Positions 18,575 to 28,345 of a stretch of DNA of 32,000 bases are shown in pieces (position 1 is the stretch's first letter; each line of letters opens with the position of its first letter). Made by a program: the position numbers and the translations under genes. Origin of the DNA: Pyrodictium abyssi (GTDB taxonomy: Archaea > Thermoproteota > Thermoprotei_A > Sulfolobales > Pyrodictiaceae); the NCBI RefSeq assembly GCF_036323395.1, contig NZ_AP028907.1, positions 930,001 to 962,000 of the forward strand, given 5' to 3'. The notes under the pieces are model-generated. The model had not been told where the DNA came from and made no database searches. It was given only the letters and a program-made list of their open reading frames with translations.

Positions 18575-18639
18575 ATGCTGAGCCAACACCTAGCTGACCG
18601 GGGGAAGACCGGTTGTGTGATGAATTCCCTGTGGTCTGA
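18575..18639 (+). ncRNA. Possible C/D box-like sRNA with a hairpin in the D'-C' spacer
   Basis: ATGCTGA (18575-81) - N12 GCCAACACCTAG - CTGA (18594-97) - spacer containing ACCGG-gggaaga-CCGGT - GTGATGA (18617-23) - N12 ATTCCCTGTGGT - CTGA (18636-39). Confidence 0.42.
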
Positions 18640-18667
18640 GATGTATAAGCCCAGTTAAGAATGCAGC

Positions 18668-19027
18668 TTAGGGGTCTATCTCTACATTGAGCGGGAACCC
18701 ATGGGCGTCGAGCACACCCCAGAACTCGTCAACGGTTCGTATCAGCCTTTTTGGATGGCCGGTATCGTCTAGCGCGTCTTCTATCCTCAGAAGCTTAGCC
18801 TTGAACTCTAGTCCCCTGCTAAAGCCCCCTAATCCTTTTGTAGCAAGCACACGGTGGCATGGGACAACTATGAGCTCACTGTTCGTTTTCATGTACACAC
18901 CTATGGCCCGCGGTGAGGTGCCTGTAAGCTCGGCTAGTGTACCGTACGTTATAGTGTAGCCTATTGGTACCATGCTGAGAAGCAAGTACACGAGATCCCT
19001 GCGTGAGGACGGGTCCTTCCAGCTCAC
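18668..19027 (-). CDS. ogt: Methylated-DNA--protein-cysteine S-methyltransferase (O6-alkylguanine-DNA alkyltransferase)
   Basis: Active-site 'VVPCHRVLATKGLGGFSRGLEFKAKLLRIE', helix-turn-helix 'YTITYGTLAELTGTSPRAIGVYM'. Confidence 0.88.
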   Translation of the reverse strand: MSWKDPSSRRDLVYLLLSMVPIGYTITYGTLAELTGTSPRAIGVYMKTNSELIVVPCHRVLATKGLGGFSRGLEFKAKLLRIEDALDDTGHPKRLIRTVDEFWGVLDAHGFPLNVEIDP

Positions 19028-19137
19028 CCTATCCTCACCCGTTTACTAGGGCTCATCGGCTATAATGCGGGGAGGTCAGTCATCCCCCATACCGCACATG
19101 TACTAGCTCCAGGCCTCTAACAAACCTCTGCAAAACA

Positions 19138-19145
19138 CTTATAAG
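19138..19145 (+). promoter_or_regulatory. TATA box for initiator tRNA
   Basis: 'cttataag' about 50 nt upstream of the mature tRNA 5' end. Confidence 0.45.
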
Positions 19146-19196
19146 GGGTGGGCCTGTAGAGTAAATCGTGCTACATGGTGGATGGCGGGGTAGCAT

Positions 19197-19273
19197 AGCG
19201 GGGTAGGGTAGCCTGGTAGCCCGCGGGGCTCATAACCCCGAGGTCGGTGGTTCAAATCCACCCCCCGCTACCA
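19197..19273 (+). tRNA. Initiator tRNA-Met(CAT), CCA encoded
   Basis: AGCGGGG-TA-GGGT...GCCC-G-CGGGG-CTCATAA-CCCCG-AGGTC-GGTGG-TTCAAAT-CCACC-CCCCGCT-A-CCA. The A1-U72 pair and G29-G31/C39-C41 are initiator hallmarks. Confidence 0.95.
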
Positions 19274-19450
19274 CAGCCCGCAAGCCGCGGGCCCCCGCCG
19301 CCAGTTCCTCTAACCCCATCAACCTTCTACATAGGCCTCAAGCCGCCTCCAGCCTCAACCGGGCTTGTCTTCATGGTATTGATGTCCTCATAGTTTCGGT
19401 AAACTGTCTGGAAGAGTTATTGACGAGGAGTACGCAAGATAAGGGGACTA

Positions 19451-21628
19451 ATGGCAGCCAGGAAACAGTTCATGCTCACCTTGCCCTTCGCCGTAAGGGA
19501 TGTTAGCAAGGTACTGCCGCTAGAGTACGCAAATGGATTTGACAGCTGCAGTCCCACATTGCTGGTAGTGACTGAAAAGTATGGTAAGCTTATTGAGCTA
19601 GAGTGTGGAAGCAACAGATTACTAATCCCGCTAATTGGTAGTCATAACGGTTTTAACATGCATGAACTCAATAATAATTTGTGTTATGCAAGTAATGGTA
19701 GTATAAGGGATAATGCAAGAATAATAGTACAGGGTCCCCACGTTGTGGTTTATACGCATAGGGGGCTCTTCAATAAAGGCATAGCTATAGCATTCCGCAA
19801 CAGTGGGTGCAAGAGATGGGATCACATCAATAGAGCAGTCGTAGTAAAGTCGGGAAGCGACTTAGTTTCAAGCTTTGTCCTATACCGCCGTGCAGGGGAG
19901 TACTTTTTAATACTAGATACTGTTGACTCATTCATTCATGTGAGGCTCGGAGAAAAGCCTAGCCTCATTAAACATAGAAACGGAGTGATTATTGCATTCT
20001 TTCGGGACTATGCACGCCTATTGAGTCCGGTGACAGGCTTTATAGATATACCGTCGTCCGAGCAAAGTCTTGAACCTCTTGGATATAGTTTGGAGGGCAA
20101 TATACTCCTCTACAATAAGAGTGACAGCGTGGTCTATGCCATTGATAGGGTCGGTGGTATTAAGCCACTTATTAGATGTGTGAGCATATCTTCAATACCG
20201 TCATATGATGGATATAGCATTATAGAGTGTGATGGTCGGGTTGTTGGGGGTGTAGGAGCTGTTGCATCATATGCGCTAAGCCTAGTGAAGAGAGCATCGT
20301 TCTCATATAGATCCGTGATTGTGTTCCCCTATGTTGTACTCCTAGGCAAGGACAACATATCTATCATAGAGCTAGGAAGAATGTCGACAGTTATAGTAGA
20401 TATACTATCGGAAGTTGTAAGAAGGAACAAGGTCTTAGGCTTAGGTAGTGGAATAGGCGATGACAGTGATGCCGAAAAACTTGTAACAATCATAGAAAAT
20501 GAAATCGTGGGTAGTCTGACTGATGCTGAGATACTGATTAACAGAGCTGTGCTATGGAGAACTAAGTGGGGGAGTCTCTGTATAGGGTCAAACTCGTGTA
20601 GTAACTCGATTCTCGAAGTATGGGGCAGAGTTTTAGGTATTCAAAGTAACTCGTACGGATTAAAGCTAGTCCTCGGTGGTAAGCGTGTAGAGCCAAGCGT
20701 CGTTTACGTTGATAATGACAGGTTCTATGCTGCATACAGCTTGCATGGTATTGGTGAGGTTTCTAGTGTAACTATAGAAGAGTACTACAGTCGTGCAAGT
20801 ACTAGTATCGATAAAATCAATGTACGCGAAATCAGTGTTGGAATAGAAGTTCTAGATGCGGTACCCCGTGGGATTGACACTATCGAGTTAACGCTTAGAG
20901 TTAGTAGCAATCTAGGCATGTATAAGCTGTTTATACTACCTTGGTATAGAATAGCTAAACCGGCTAAAGGTACAGACAAAAGAAACGGCAGACCTATGAA
21001 TGGCTACGAGCTAGTATTCAGGGCTAGTGTTGCTATAGACGAGGTTGCTAACAATAACTACGAGATTGGCATTATGATTGCTAGTGAACACGGTATAAAG
21101 ATTATTGGACAGATTGATGTCAGGCATATAATAAGCAGCGTCTTTGGCGTTATGAGTGATGTTAACGCGACCATTAACGATGGCCACGAGTTTATTGAAA
21201 TGGCGTCCGAAAGACCAGGATACATAGCTTTCAGAGTTAATGGTGTTGATGTGGTCGTTGAGTCTGGAGGAGCGTATGTGCTGCGGGTGCCTGGTGGCCG
21301 AGCAGAGCTTGCTATAAGGGATAGCAGAGGTGTCAGGATATTCACATTATTCGGTATAAAAGACAATATTATTACAGCAAAACTTGTAGGAGGGAATGCC
21401 CTTATGATAGAGTGTAACATTAGCTGTGTAATCTCATGCAGACATAGTACTCCCTTAAGCGGGAACGTTATTACCCTTGATGTAAACAAGGTTATCAATA
21501 GCGGTACTTGTAGTATTATAAGTATAGGTTATGGCGTTGTCAAAGAATACAACGTAAATGGTGTCGGAGTGCTAATGGGGCTAGGTGTGAAAACCGGTTT
21601 ATTGCTTGCTAAGCTCCTCAAGCTGTAA
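19451..21628 (+). CDS. Hypothetical protein, 725 aa, beta-rich, AT-rich gene
   Basis: Long intact ORF with no internal stops, short hydrophobic beta-strand-like repeats; no recognised family. Its 3' end overlaps pncB on the opposite strand by 30 nt. Confidence 0.8.
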   Translation: MAARKQFMLTLPFAVRDVSKVLPLEYANGFDSCSPTLLVVTEKYGKLIELECGSNRLLIPLIGSHNGFNMHELNNNLCYASNGSIRDNARIIVQGPHVVVYTHRGLFNKGIAIAFRNSGCKRWDHINRAVVVKSGSDLVSSFVLYRRAGEYFLILDTVDSFIHVRLGEKPSLIKHRNGVIIAFFRDYARLLSPVTGFIDIPSSEQSLEPLGYSLEGNILLYNKSDSVVYAIDRVGGIKPLIRCVSISSIPSYDGYSIIECDGRVVGGVGAVASYALSLVKRASFSYRSVIVFPYVVLLGKDNISIIELGRMSTVIVDILSEVVRRNKVLGLGSGIGDDSDAEKLVTIIENEIVGSLTDAEILINRAVLWRTKWGSLCIGSNSCSNSILEVWGRVLGIQSNSYGLKLVLGGKRVEPSVVYVDNDRFYAAYSLHGIGEVSSVTIEEYYSRASTSIDKINVREISVGIEVLDAVPRGIDTIELTLRVSSNLGMYKLFILPWYRIAKPAKGTDKRNGRPMNGYELVFRASVAIDEVANNNYEIGIMIASEHGIKIIGQIDVRHIISSVFGVMSDVNATINDGHEFIEMASERPGYIAFRVNGVDVVVESGGAYVLRVPGGRAELAIRDSRGVRIFTLFGIKDNIITAKLVGGNALMIECNISCVISCRHSTPLSGNVITLDVNKVINSGTCSIISIGYGVVKEYNVNGVGVLMGLGVKTGLLLAKLLKL

Positions 21629-22801
21629 TAGTACATATTCTCTCACATCCTTTACACTAGGCAATTCCACCACGATTCTGCCGTCCTCCATAACTTTCTC
21701 TAGGAGCGGGCGGGGTTCAGAGCCATCGTTGCAAACGTGGCTGGGGGTCTCGCCCCACGGGACGATTACGTCGTTTAAGGGTTTGCAGCGATACACTTGC
21801 TTCATGCCTGGAAGCTTTCCACGTTTTGTTATAGGTATCCACTTATCATCCCGCTTCACCTCTACGATGTCCATGCTAATGTCGATGCTTGGGGGGAATG
21901 CTATCGAAGTTCCAACGCCGAACGCGTCTACGAGATCTTTAAGCTCCGCTATACTATCCTCGTCGAGGCCGCCGCTAACTATTATTTTCACATCCTTATA
22001 GCCATGAATATCTAGTGTCCAACGTATCTCTTCAACAATCCGGCGCATGTTGCCTCTTCGGCTACTTGGTGTGTCCAGCCTTACGCCAAACAGTTTACTG
22101 CCTAGAGTACGGGCAGCTAGTAGTGCCTCGTATCTCTCGTCATAGAAGGTGTCGACAAGAGCTATTCTCGGTACATCGGGCTCGACTACCTCGTCAAACG
22201 CCTTCCAGGCCTCAACGGGGTCACCGAACAGTATTATCAATGCGTGTGGCATAGTGCCACGGGGCTCAAGGTCGAGGAACTCCTTTGATAGTAGCCCCGA
22301 GACAGAGTCGCATCCACCAATATAAGCGGCTCTATCGACCATGGGCGCTAATGCTGGGTGGACAGAGCGTAGCCCGAAGAATAATACTGTCTTATCACCA
22401 GCGGCAAGGCGAATACGCGCGGCTTTTGTAGCGACACTTGTCTCATGCCTTAGCGCGCCCAATATGGCAGTCTCTAGTTCTGCGAACTCACAGTAGGGCC
22501 CTTCGATAACCATTAGTGGCTCAACTGGCTTGAATATGGTTCCTTCACGCATGGCATAGACATTAACATGTCTTCCTTCGAGAATAGCTAGTGCTTCCTC
22601 AAGCCCTGCAAACACGGCCCATTCATATCCCTTGGGCAGACTATATGCGTGGAATTCCGCCCTTACTATTGTATCGCATAGTCCCTTAGCCTCTAGGATG
22701 CGCCGTGTTCTAGCAAAATAGACATCAGTAGCACGCCCCTTGCGAATGTCGTCGACGCTCGCAACATAGAGGCGTGGTCTTCTCTTCATGGCTTTACTCA
22801 C
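21599..22801 (-). CDS. pncB: Nicotinate phosphoribosyltransferase family protein
   Basis: '[14 protein letters not shown]'-like start ('[20 protein letters not shown]'), '[29 protein letters not shown]', '[26 protein letters not shown]', '[12 protein letters not shown]', 'FGVGTSI'. Confidence 0.9.
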   Translation of the reverse strand: MSKAMKRRPRLYVASVDDIRKGRATDVYFARTRRILEAKGLCDTIVRAEFHAYSLPKGYEWAVFAGLEEALAILEGRHVNVYAMREGTIFKPVEPLMVIEGPYCEFAELETAILGALRHETSVATKAARIRLAAGDKTVLFFGLRSVHPALAPMVDRAAYIGGCDSVSGLLSKEFLDLEPRGTMPHALIILFGDPVEAWKAFDEVVEPDVPRIALVDTFYDERYEALLAARTLGSKLFGVRLDTPSSRRGNMRRIVEEIRWTLDIHGYKDVKIIVSGGLDEDSIAELKDLVDAFGVGTSIAFPPSIDISMDIVEVKRDDKWIPITKRGKLPGMKQVYRCKPLNDVIVPWGETPSHVCNDGSEPRPLLEKVMEDGRIVVELPSVKDVREYVLLQLEELSKQ

Positions 22802-23204
22802 CCATTATCTCTACTATGACTCTCCTTGTTCTGGGCCCGTCGAGTTCGATTAGAAGGATGTTCTGCCAAGTTCCTCTGACAAGCCTTCCATTCATAACTG
22901 GGAATACCCTGGATGGGCCGATCACAGCAGACGCGAGATGTGCGTGAGCATTATCATCTATTCTATTGTGTCTCCACTTATAGTCGGGCTTGAAAGTCTC
23001 CTTCAGGAAATCTATATAGTCGCTAAGCAGCCCGGGCTCAGCCTCGTTAGCGATGATAGCTGCTGTAGCGTGGGGTACGAAGACGAGGCATAGCCCATTT
23101 CTAATGCCCGAGTTCTGCACGATGGTCTCCACCTTAGTAGTTATGTCTATGACTTCAAAGCGGCTACTACTAGTAACCGTAAACTCTCTAACAACGACAC
23201 GCAT
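22794..23204 (-). CDS. YjbQ / UPF0047 family protein (thiamine phosphate synthase-like)
   Basis: '[27 protein letters not shown]...[47 protein letters not shown]'. Confidence 0.92.
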   Translation of the reverse strand: MRVVVREFTVTSSSRFEVIDITTKVETIVQNSGIRNGLCLVFVPHATAAIIANEAEPGLLSDYIDFLKETFKPDYKWRHNRIDDNAHAHLASAVIGPSRVFPVMNGRLVRGTWQNILLIELDGPRTRRVIVEIMGE

Positions 23205-23361
23205 GTCCGAGACTACACCTCCTCCATACCTGTGAACCCATATACTCGCCCGCCTCTAAATGTAAAAAATAACTAGTTGAAGGAATGGCTAGTGCAAGGG
23301 CTGCAGCACATAATTAAAACCGGTGTAGGCCGCTTAGTCGAGCAGATGGGGAGACGAGCGA

Positions 23362-23784
23362 ATGAAAGGTATTGAAGAGATAGCAGAGCGGATCAAGAAG
23401 CTCGTAGATAGGAAGATAGAGCAGATTGAACAAGAGCTAGGTGACCCACTGTACTACGCTGGAAAAGACTTCGACGAGCTAATCGAGAAATACCCTGTAG
23501 CAGTAGTGGAGTTTGCCGCACCCTGGTGTAATCCATGTAAAGCCTACACACCAGTATTCCGAAGAGTTGCACGCAGGCTCATGAAGGAGTACAGCGGGAG
23601 AGTAGTCTTCATGTACCTGGACACGGACCAGCTGCCTGAGATAGCCGATAGGTACAACATAGAAAACATACCCACAACGATCATATTCGTCAATGGACAC
23701 GTAGCCGACGTGATCATGGGCGCGACGCAGGAATCCCGGCTCGAAGAAAAGGTGCGAAGCATACTCGAAGAAGTAGCGAAGTAA
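23362..23784 (+). CDS. Thioredoxin family protein
   Basis: 'VVEFAAPWCNPCKAYTPVFRRVARRL' (CxxC) and cis-Pro region 'IENIPTTIIF'. Confidence 0.9.
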   Translation: MKGIEEIAERIKKLVDRKIEQIEQELGDPLYYAGKDFDELIEKYPVAVVEFAAPWCNPCKAYTPVFRRVARRLMKEYSGRVVFMYLDTDQLPEIADRYNIENIPTTIIFVNGHVADVIMGATQESRLEEKVRSILEEVAK

Positions 23785-24001
23785 CAAAAAGCACAGTAGC
23801 GCTTCAAACACTACATGATGTGGAGACGATATGGAAGCATTCGGCAAAGGGGGAGGTGCATCATCCCCAGCCAAGGTCTTCTTGGGGACAGCGCCTCCAC
23901 ATCAACTCTCCAGGTATACTTGAGTACAGCCAGTACCATATTATAGCTGTATTAAAACCGCTCTTTCAATACAGCAGCAAGGCAGGTCTCCCAGCAGGTC
24001 G

Positions 24002-24062
24002 CGGCAGTGATGAAAAGGCTGAGGTCTGAGATACTATGAGGATAGAGGATGGCACTGAGCCG
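24002..24062 (+). ncRNA. Archaeal C/D box sRNA (strong candidate)
   Basis: cggc-a-GTGATGA (24007-13) - N12 AAAGGCTGAGGT - CTGA (24026-29) - GATACT - ATGAGGA (24036-42) - N12 TAGAGGATGGCA - CTGA (24055-58) - gccg. Terminal stem CGGC/GCCG; upstream TATA-like 'tattaaaa' at 23950-23957. Confidence 0.78.
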
Positions 24063-24872
24063 ATGAAAATACCTCTACTCGGCTTCAAGCCGCTCATAGG
24101 TGTAGTTCATCTGCCGCCTACTACCTCCTCGCCAAGAGGATACGGGAACATAGACCGCATGGTAGACTATGTGGTAAACGAAGTAGGCAAGCTCGAAGAA
24201 GCCGGGTTTGATGCAGTAATAATAGAAAACTATGGAGATAAGCCATTTAGTGTAAATGCATACGATGAGATACTTGCAGCGGTGCTTAGCGTCGTAGTAA
24301 GAGAAGCAGTCAAATCAACTAGGCTACCAGTTGGCGTAAACATTCTCCGCAATAACGCGAGACTGGCACTTGCAATAGCATATGCCACTGGCGCCAAGTT
24401 CATAAGAATAAACGCGTACTGTGAAACACGGTTATCGCCTGAAGGCATTCTCACGCCGCTAGCTAGGGACATAGAGCAGATAAGGAAGCATCTAGACAGG
24501 AACATTCTCGTGTTTGCCGATATAGATGTGAAGCATAGCTACCCAGTAGGACAGCATGATATAGGGGCGGTGTTAAATGATTGTGTAGAACGCGGGTACA
24601 TGGATGCCATAATAGCGAGCGGCCAGGCCACATCTAAACCGCCGGAGCCGGGCTATGTTGCATTCATTAAGCGTAACTCGCCAAAGCCTGTCCTACTCGG
24701 GAGCGGGCTAAGAGTAGACAATATACAGCTCTACTGGAACGTTGTAGACGGCTTCATAGTAGGATCTTCGATAAAATATGAGGGTAAGGCAAGCAATAGC
24801 ATTGACCCCAAAAAAGCGAGAGAGCTGGCTTTAATAGTAAATGGGCTTCGTCGTAAAACACTAGATGCGTAG
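24063..24872 (+). CDS. btpA: BtpA/SgcQ family TIM-barrel protein
   Basis: 'PLIGVVHLPPTTSSPRGYGNIDRMVDYVVNEVGKLEEAGFDAVIIENYGDKPF', 'VGVNILRNNARLALAIAYATGAKFIRINAYC'. The ORF opens at 24036, but ATG at 24063 gives the family N-terminus and lies just 3' of the sRNA. Confidence 0.88.
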   Translation: MKIPLLGFKPLIGVVHLPPTTSSPRGYGNIDRMVDYVVNEVGKLEEAGFDAVIIENYGDKPFSVNAYDEILAAVLSVVVREAVKSTRLPVGVNILRNNARLALAIAYATGAKFIRINAYCETRLSPEGILTPLARDIEQIRKHLDRNILVFADIDVKHSYPVGQHDIGAVLNDCVERGYMDAIIASGQATSKPPEPGYVAFIKRNSPKPVLLGSGLRVDNIQLYWNVVDGFIVGSSIKYEGKASNSIDPKKARELALIVNGLRRKTLDA

Positions 24873-25031
24873 CATCATAGTATCGGGGTATGCCTCTATC
24901 AGGCTAGTGCTATCTACCAGGACGTAGAGGATATAATGTCGTGTTATGCGGGCTAGCCCGGCCAGAGAGCTACTAGGGCGCATCCTTAGCTAGACGTTAG
25001 GATCTTCAAAGAGCCGGTAAAGGTGATGTGA

Positions 25032-25769
25032 ATGAGAATCCTAGGAGAGCTAGAGCCATCTAAAAACGGTGAAAAACTGGCTAAAAGAGTCGAGAAACTC
25101 ATGCCAGTAGTGGACGCGATAGATATACCAGAGGCTCCCATGGGGAAACCTATAGCACATGCAGCAGTACTAGCATCCTACATTAAAGCCAAGTATGGGA
25201 TAGACACCGTACCCCACATAAGAGTCATAGACGTGAACACGGTAGGACTCCTAAGCATTCTAGGCGGCCTAAAGGCTACCGGAGTAGGCGAAGCAGTCCT
25301 ACTCCGAGGAGATGCCCCAGTAATAGGCAGCGAGGTAAGAGATCTCTCAGTAGAGACAGCGGCGGAAATAGCCGTAGAGAAGCTAGGCAGGAATCCCCAG
25401 CTAGGCGCAATGGTAAGCCTAAGATACCCTCTAGAGGCGATAACAAATAGATTAAACGCCCCTCTAAGCTTCTACCTATTACTCCGTCCAGGCTACTCAC
25501 TAGAAAAACTAAGGCAAGTGAGCCAGCTAGCTAGGAGCCTTGGCAAGCAGCTCTACGCGTACGTAATAATAGCAAGCAGCAAGAACTATGACAAGCTAAA
25601 GAATATGCTTGCTGATCAACCAGTCTATAGCGTTGAAGAGGCAACGAAGTTCGTAGAGAAGATAAAAGACCTTGTCGATGGTATATTGGTATCTAGCCCG
25701 GGCGACGTCGACGCTATAGGTGAAGCAGCCCGGCGGATAAAGAGAGAACTAGGTCTAAGTCTACGCTGA
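25032..25769 (+). CDS. Methylenetetrahydrofolate reductase-like (MetF-like) TIM-barrel protein
   Basis: 'GELEPSKNG' start, 'VDAIDIPEAPMGKP', 'PHIRVIDVNTVGLLSILGGLKATGVGEAVLLRGDAP'. Confidence 0.75.
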   Translation: MRILGELEPSKNGEKLAKRVEKLMPVVDAIDIPEAPMGKPIAHAAVLASYIKAKYGIDTVPHIRVIDVNTVGLLSILGGLKATGVGEAVLLRGDAPVIGSEVRDLSVETAAEIAVEKLGRNPQLGAMVSLRYPLEAITNRLNAPLSFYLLLRPGYSLEKLRQVSQLARSLGKQLYAYVIIASSKNYDKLKNMLADQPVYSVEEATKFVEKIKDLVDGILVSSPGDVDAIGEAARRIKRELGLSLR

Positions 25770-25812
25770 TGCCACCACACGGTAGCTGCATTTTATGTGC
25801 TGAGAGGGTGCG

Positions 25813-26109
25813 CTACTCCTCTACGGTTCGTGGTGCCACAATAAACCCCTTCTCCGTCTTTGCGGCATTAAGGAGTGCGGCTTCGCTGTCTAGGCTCTTA
25901 GAAGGCTCGTCTGCTCTTAGGAGCCCCTCCTTGTCTATTGGATGGTATAGAGGCTCTACACCCTCCAGTCGTGCTTCGAGGAGTACATCAATAAGCTTCC
26001 TCGCCTTCATGGTCCGCCTCTTGAGTTCTTCGGCCTCCTCTTCGTCTAGGCTTATACGCGAAAGCCATGCGAGATTTCTAATGTCAGTGCTCTCCTTCAT
26101 TTTGTCCAC
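25813..26109 (-). CDS. gatC: Asp-tRNA(Asn)/Glu-tRNA(Gln) amidotransferase subunit GatC
   Basis: 'IRNLAWLSRISLDEEEAEELKRRTMKARKLIDVLLEARLEGVEPLYHPI...LRADEP'. Confidence 0.8.
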   Translation of the reverse strand: MDKMKESTDIRNLAWLSRISLDEEEAEELKRRTMKARKLIDVLLEARLEGVEPLYHPIDKEGLLRADEPSKSLDSEAALLNAAKTEKGFIVAPRTVEE

Positions 26110-27209
26110 CTTTCAGTACTCGGCTGCACAGTAGCTGGTATACCCAAGCGTTTGGAGACATACGAGGCAAAATAAGCGGCAGCCCGGCCACCGCGGTAGC
26201 CGTCTACTATGAGCATCCGCGGTCTGGCCTCCTCAACATAGCTTACAAGCTGTCGAAAGTCGGCATGGTCGCTGAACGAGACAATCCACTCTCGCGGGCT
26301 AATCCTCCGGAGAGGCTCGCGGAACTCCCATCCAGTAAGTAGCACGTGGACCGGTCTTAGCCCATTACTCGGAGGAAGCATACGCCGTCTACGCCAGCTA
26401 CTATAGTGTCTAAACCCTATATACCAGCCACTACGCTTGACCTCCAGGGCCTCCCTAGTACCGTCGACCACAACATCCCCTACTCGATAGCCATGGCGCT
26501 CAAGCACAGCAGCACTTCTACCAATACGCTGGTTGACCAGGAAGGGTGCATCAACGTCGTGCCGCCTGAGTAAGAGCATAATCTCTTCTATCTTCCCATA
26601 GTAGCCATATATGTATACAGGGCCGTGCATCAGCCCTTCTTGCACCACGTCAGCGAGGAGAATGTCTATCTCGTCCTGCCATGGGCGCACCCACTCCTCG
26701 ACGCCATAAGTGGCATCTATTACGAGTACGTCGAGCTCATAAAGTATGTCTGTACCAGGTAGCTTAAAGTCACCAGTATAGCCTATACGATGGCCATTTG
26801 AAAGCTCTACTACAATCTCTGCGGCCCCTGGGACGTGATTAGCCTGCCTGAGTGTAAGCACATCACCGTCAACGGAGACAGAGACGCTATAGGGAAGCGC
26901 GAGCCTCTTGCTCGGAGGAACCCTATATCCTGCAACCTCGAGGAGATCTAGTGTCAGCGGTGTAGCAGCTATAAATGATGCTTCACGAATACTCTTCTTG
27001 AGGTCTAGTATATGGTCCTGATGTATGTGTGTTACCACCCGTACACTGAATCCAGGCGCATGCCCGTCTGCTACTATGTTGCTGCCGAGCATTATGGCGC
27101 CAGTTTCTAGGACAGCAGCGGCTTCTAGCGGTCTTTGCAAGGACCAGTACTCCCTAGAGGAGTGGGCATAGGGCGAAGGTATTACAATTAAGCTTTGAGC
27201 CAACTCCAC
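26097..27209 (-). CDS. MBL-fold / beta-CASP-like predicted exonuclease (mRNA 3'-end processing factor-like)
   Basis: 'VTHIHQDHILD', 'NHVPGAAEIVVE', 'RIGYTGDFK', 'VLVIDATYG', 'WIVSFSDHADFRQLVSYV'. Confidence 0.8.
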   Translation of the reverse strand: MELAQSLIVIPSPYAHSSREYWSLQRPLEAAAVLETGAIMLGSNIVADGHAPGFSVRVVTHIHQDHILDLKKSIREASFIAATPLTLDLLEVAGYRVPPSKRLALPYSVSVSVDGDVLTLRQANHVPGAAEIVVELSNGHRIGYTGDFKLPGTDILYELDVLVIDATYGVEEWVRPWQDEIDILLADVVQEGLMHGPVYIYGYYGKIEEIMLLLRRHDVDAPFLVNQRIGRSAAVLERHGYRVGDVVVDGTREALEVKRSGWYIGFRHYSSWRRRRMLPPSNGLRPVHVLLTGWEFREPLRRISPREWIVSFSDHADFRQLVSYVEEARPRMLIVDGYRGGRAAAYFASYVSKRLGIPATVQPSTERWTK

Positions 27210-27328
27210 TGGGTACGAGCATCATGGAGGGGGAAGCTGCTAGTGGCACTGGGCTGCTATGTGTAAAAACTACGGGTAAGGCTGCGATAAAATAGTGTGT
27301 CCTAGCCGGGCCTCGCTACTGGTGAAGA

Positions 27329-28345
27329 TTAGGCCTGCTTGACGAAGCCGAAGGTTAGGTTGAAGAGCTGGTCTAGCTCGGCCTTGATCTCGTCCCTCTT
27401 CTCCTTGACGGCCTTTACTACCGCCTCTAGGGCGTTGTAAGCCCTGCTCGGTATCTTGCCGCGGAACCAGCTCACGTCCTTAGCCATGCCCACGCCTATG
27501 CTGTCATACTTTATGCCTGTTAGCGGGTCCTCTTCACGCTCGTTAATCAGCTTGTCTATCTCTAGTACTAGCGTACCGCGTGCGAGCATGTAGTCGCCGT
27601 AGGGGTCAACGAGCTTCAGTACCTGCTTCTTTATCTTGCTTAGTATCCTTATGCCTAGTATCTTCTCCGGTGAGGGCCTTATCTTAGCTACCTGTAGAGC
27701 GCCGAGGAGCGCTACTATGCCGCTGAGGTCGCTGAACGGCTCATACCATGGCCTGCCGCGGCCACCGGCAGGCATCTGCTCGGCGCTGGCACGTAGGAGT
27801 ACCTGGCCGCTGAGCACAGTGTTGTAGGCACTAGCCTTCTTGAACTTCTCGTCGAGGGCTATGTCGATAATGCTCTCGGCGTTGCTGCCGACGAAGAGTG
27901 TGTGACGCGCTGGCGTGTCGAACACGACACCCATGTAGAAGCCGAACATCACGGCAGCCTCTGGTCTATCGGCGGCTTTGAATACGGTGTCGCCTAGTAG
28001 TGTCCTCTGTAGCGCGACGTCGCTTAGCCTCCTGGGGGCCTCACTGTAAGCTATTACACGGACTAGGCCGAAGCTCTGCATCATGCGTAGGTAGTATAGT
28101 AGGTCGTTCATACCGAAGTTCTTGAGGGCCACATACTTCTCGCCGAGCATCTCGACGCGTACAATGCCGCCAACAATCTCGCTGACCTTCTTTGGCGGCT
28201 GGCCGGGCTCAGCAGCACCTGCTAGCATGTCCTTGTAGAACTCTATTAGCCCGGACACGCCGCCCAGCTTACCCTGCGCAGCAGCGGCTAGCTCCTTGAA
28301 CCTACGCGGTACCCTAGCCTCTAGGGTCAGAGGGGGTAGCAGCAT
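27329..28345 (-). CDS. Hypothetical crenarchaeal protein, 338 aa
   Basis: Long ORF with coherent helical composition; no family recognised. Confidence 0.75.
   Translation of the reverse strand: MLLPPLTLEARVPRRFKELAAAAQGKLGGVSGLIEFYKDMLAGAAEPGQPPKKVSEIVGGIVRVEMLGEKYVALKNFGMNDLLYYLRMMQSFGLVRVIAYSEAPRRLSDVALQRTLLGDTVFKAADRPEAAVMFGFYMGVVFDTPARHTLFVGSNAESIIDIALDEKFKKASAYNTVLSGQVLLRASAEQMPAGGRGRPWYEPFSDLSGIVALLGALQVAKIRPSPEKILGIRILSKIKKQVLKLVDPYGDYMLARGTLVLEIDKLINEREEDPLTGIKYDSIGVGMAKDVSWFRGKIPSRAYNALEAVVKAVKEKRDEIKAELDQLFNLTFGFVKQA

Noticed and set aside
18395-18658. 87-aa plus-strand ORF
   Set aside because: No domain-like features; the region is better explained by structured/C/D-like RNA motifs, though this is not proven.
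18331-18660. RNase P RNA or SRP RNA in the Taw1-MGMT gap (also considered for 15478-15765)
   Set aside because: I could not find the conserved P4/CR-I (GAGGAAAGUC-like) and CR-V elements or the SRP helix-8 signature. An Infernal scan would be decisive.
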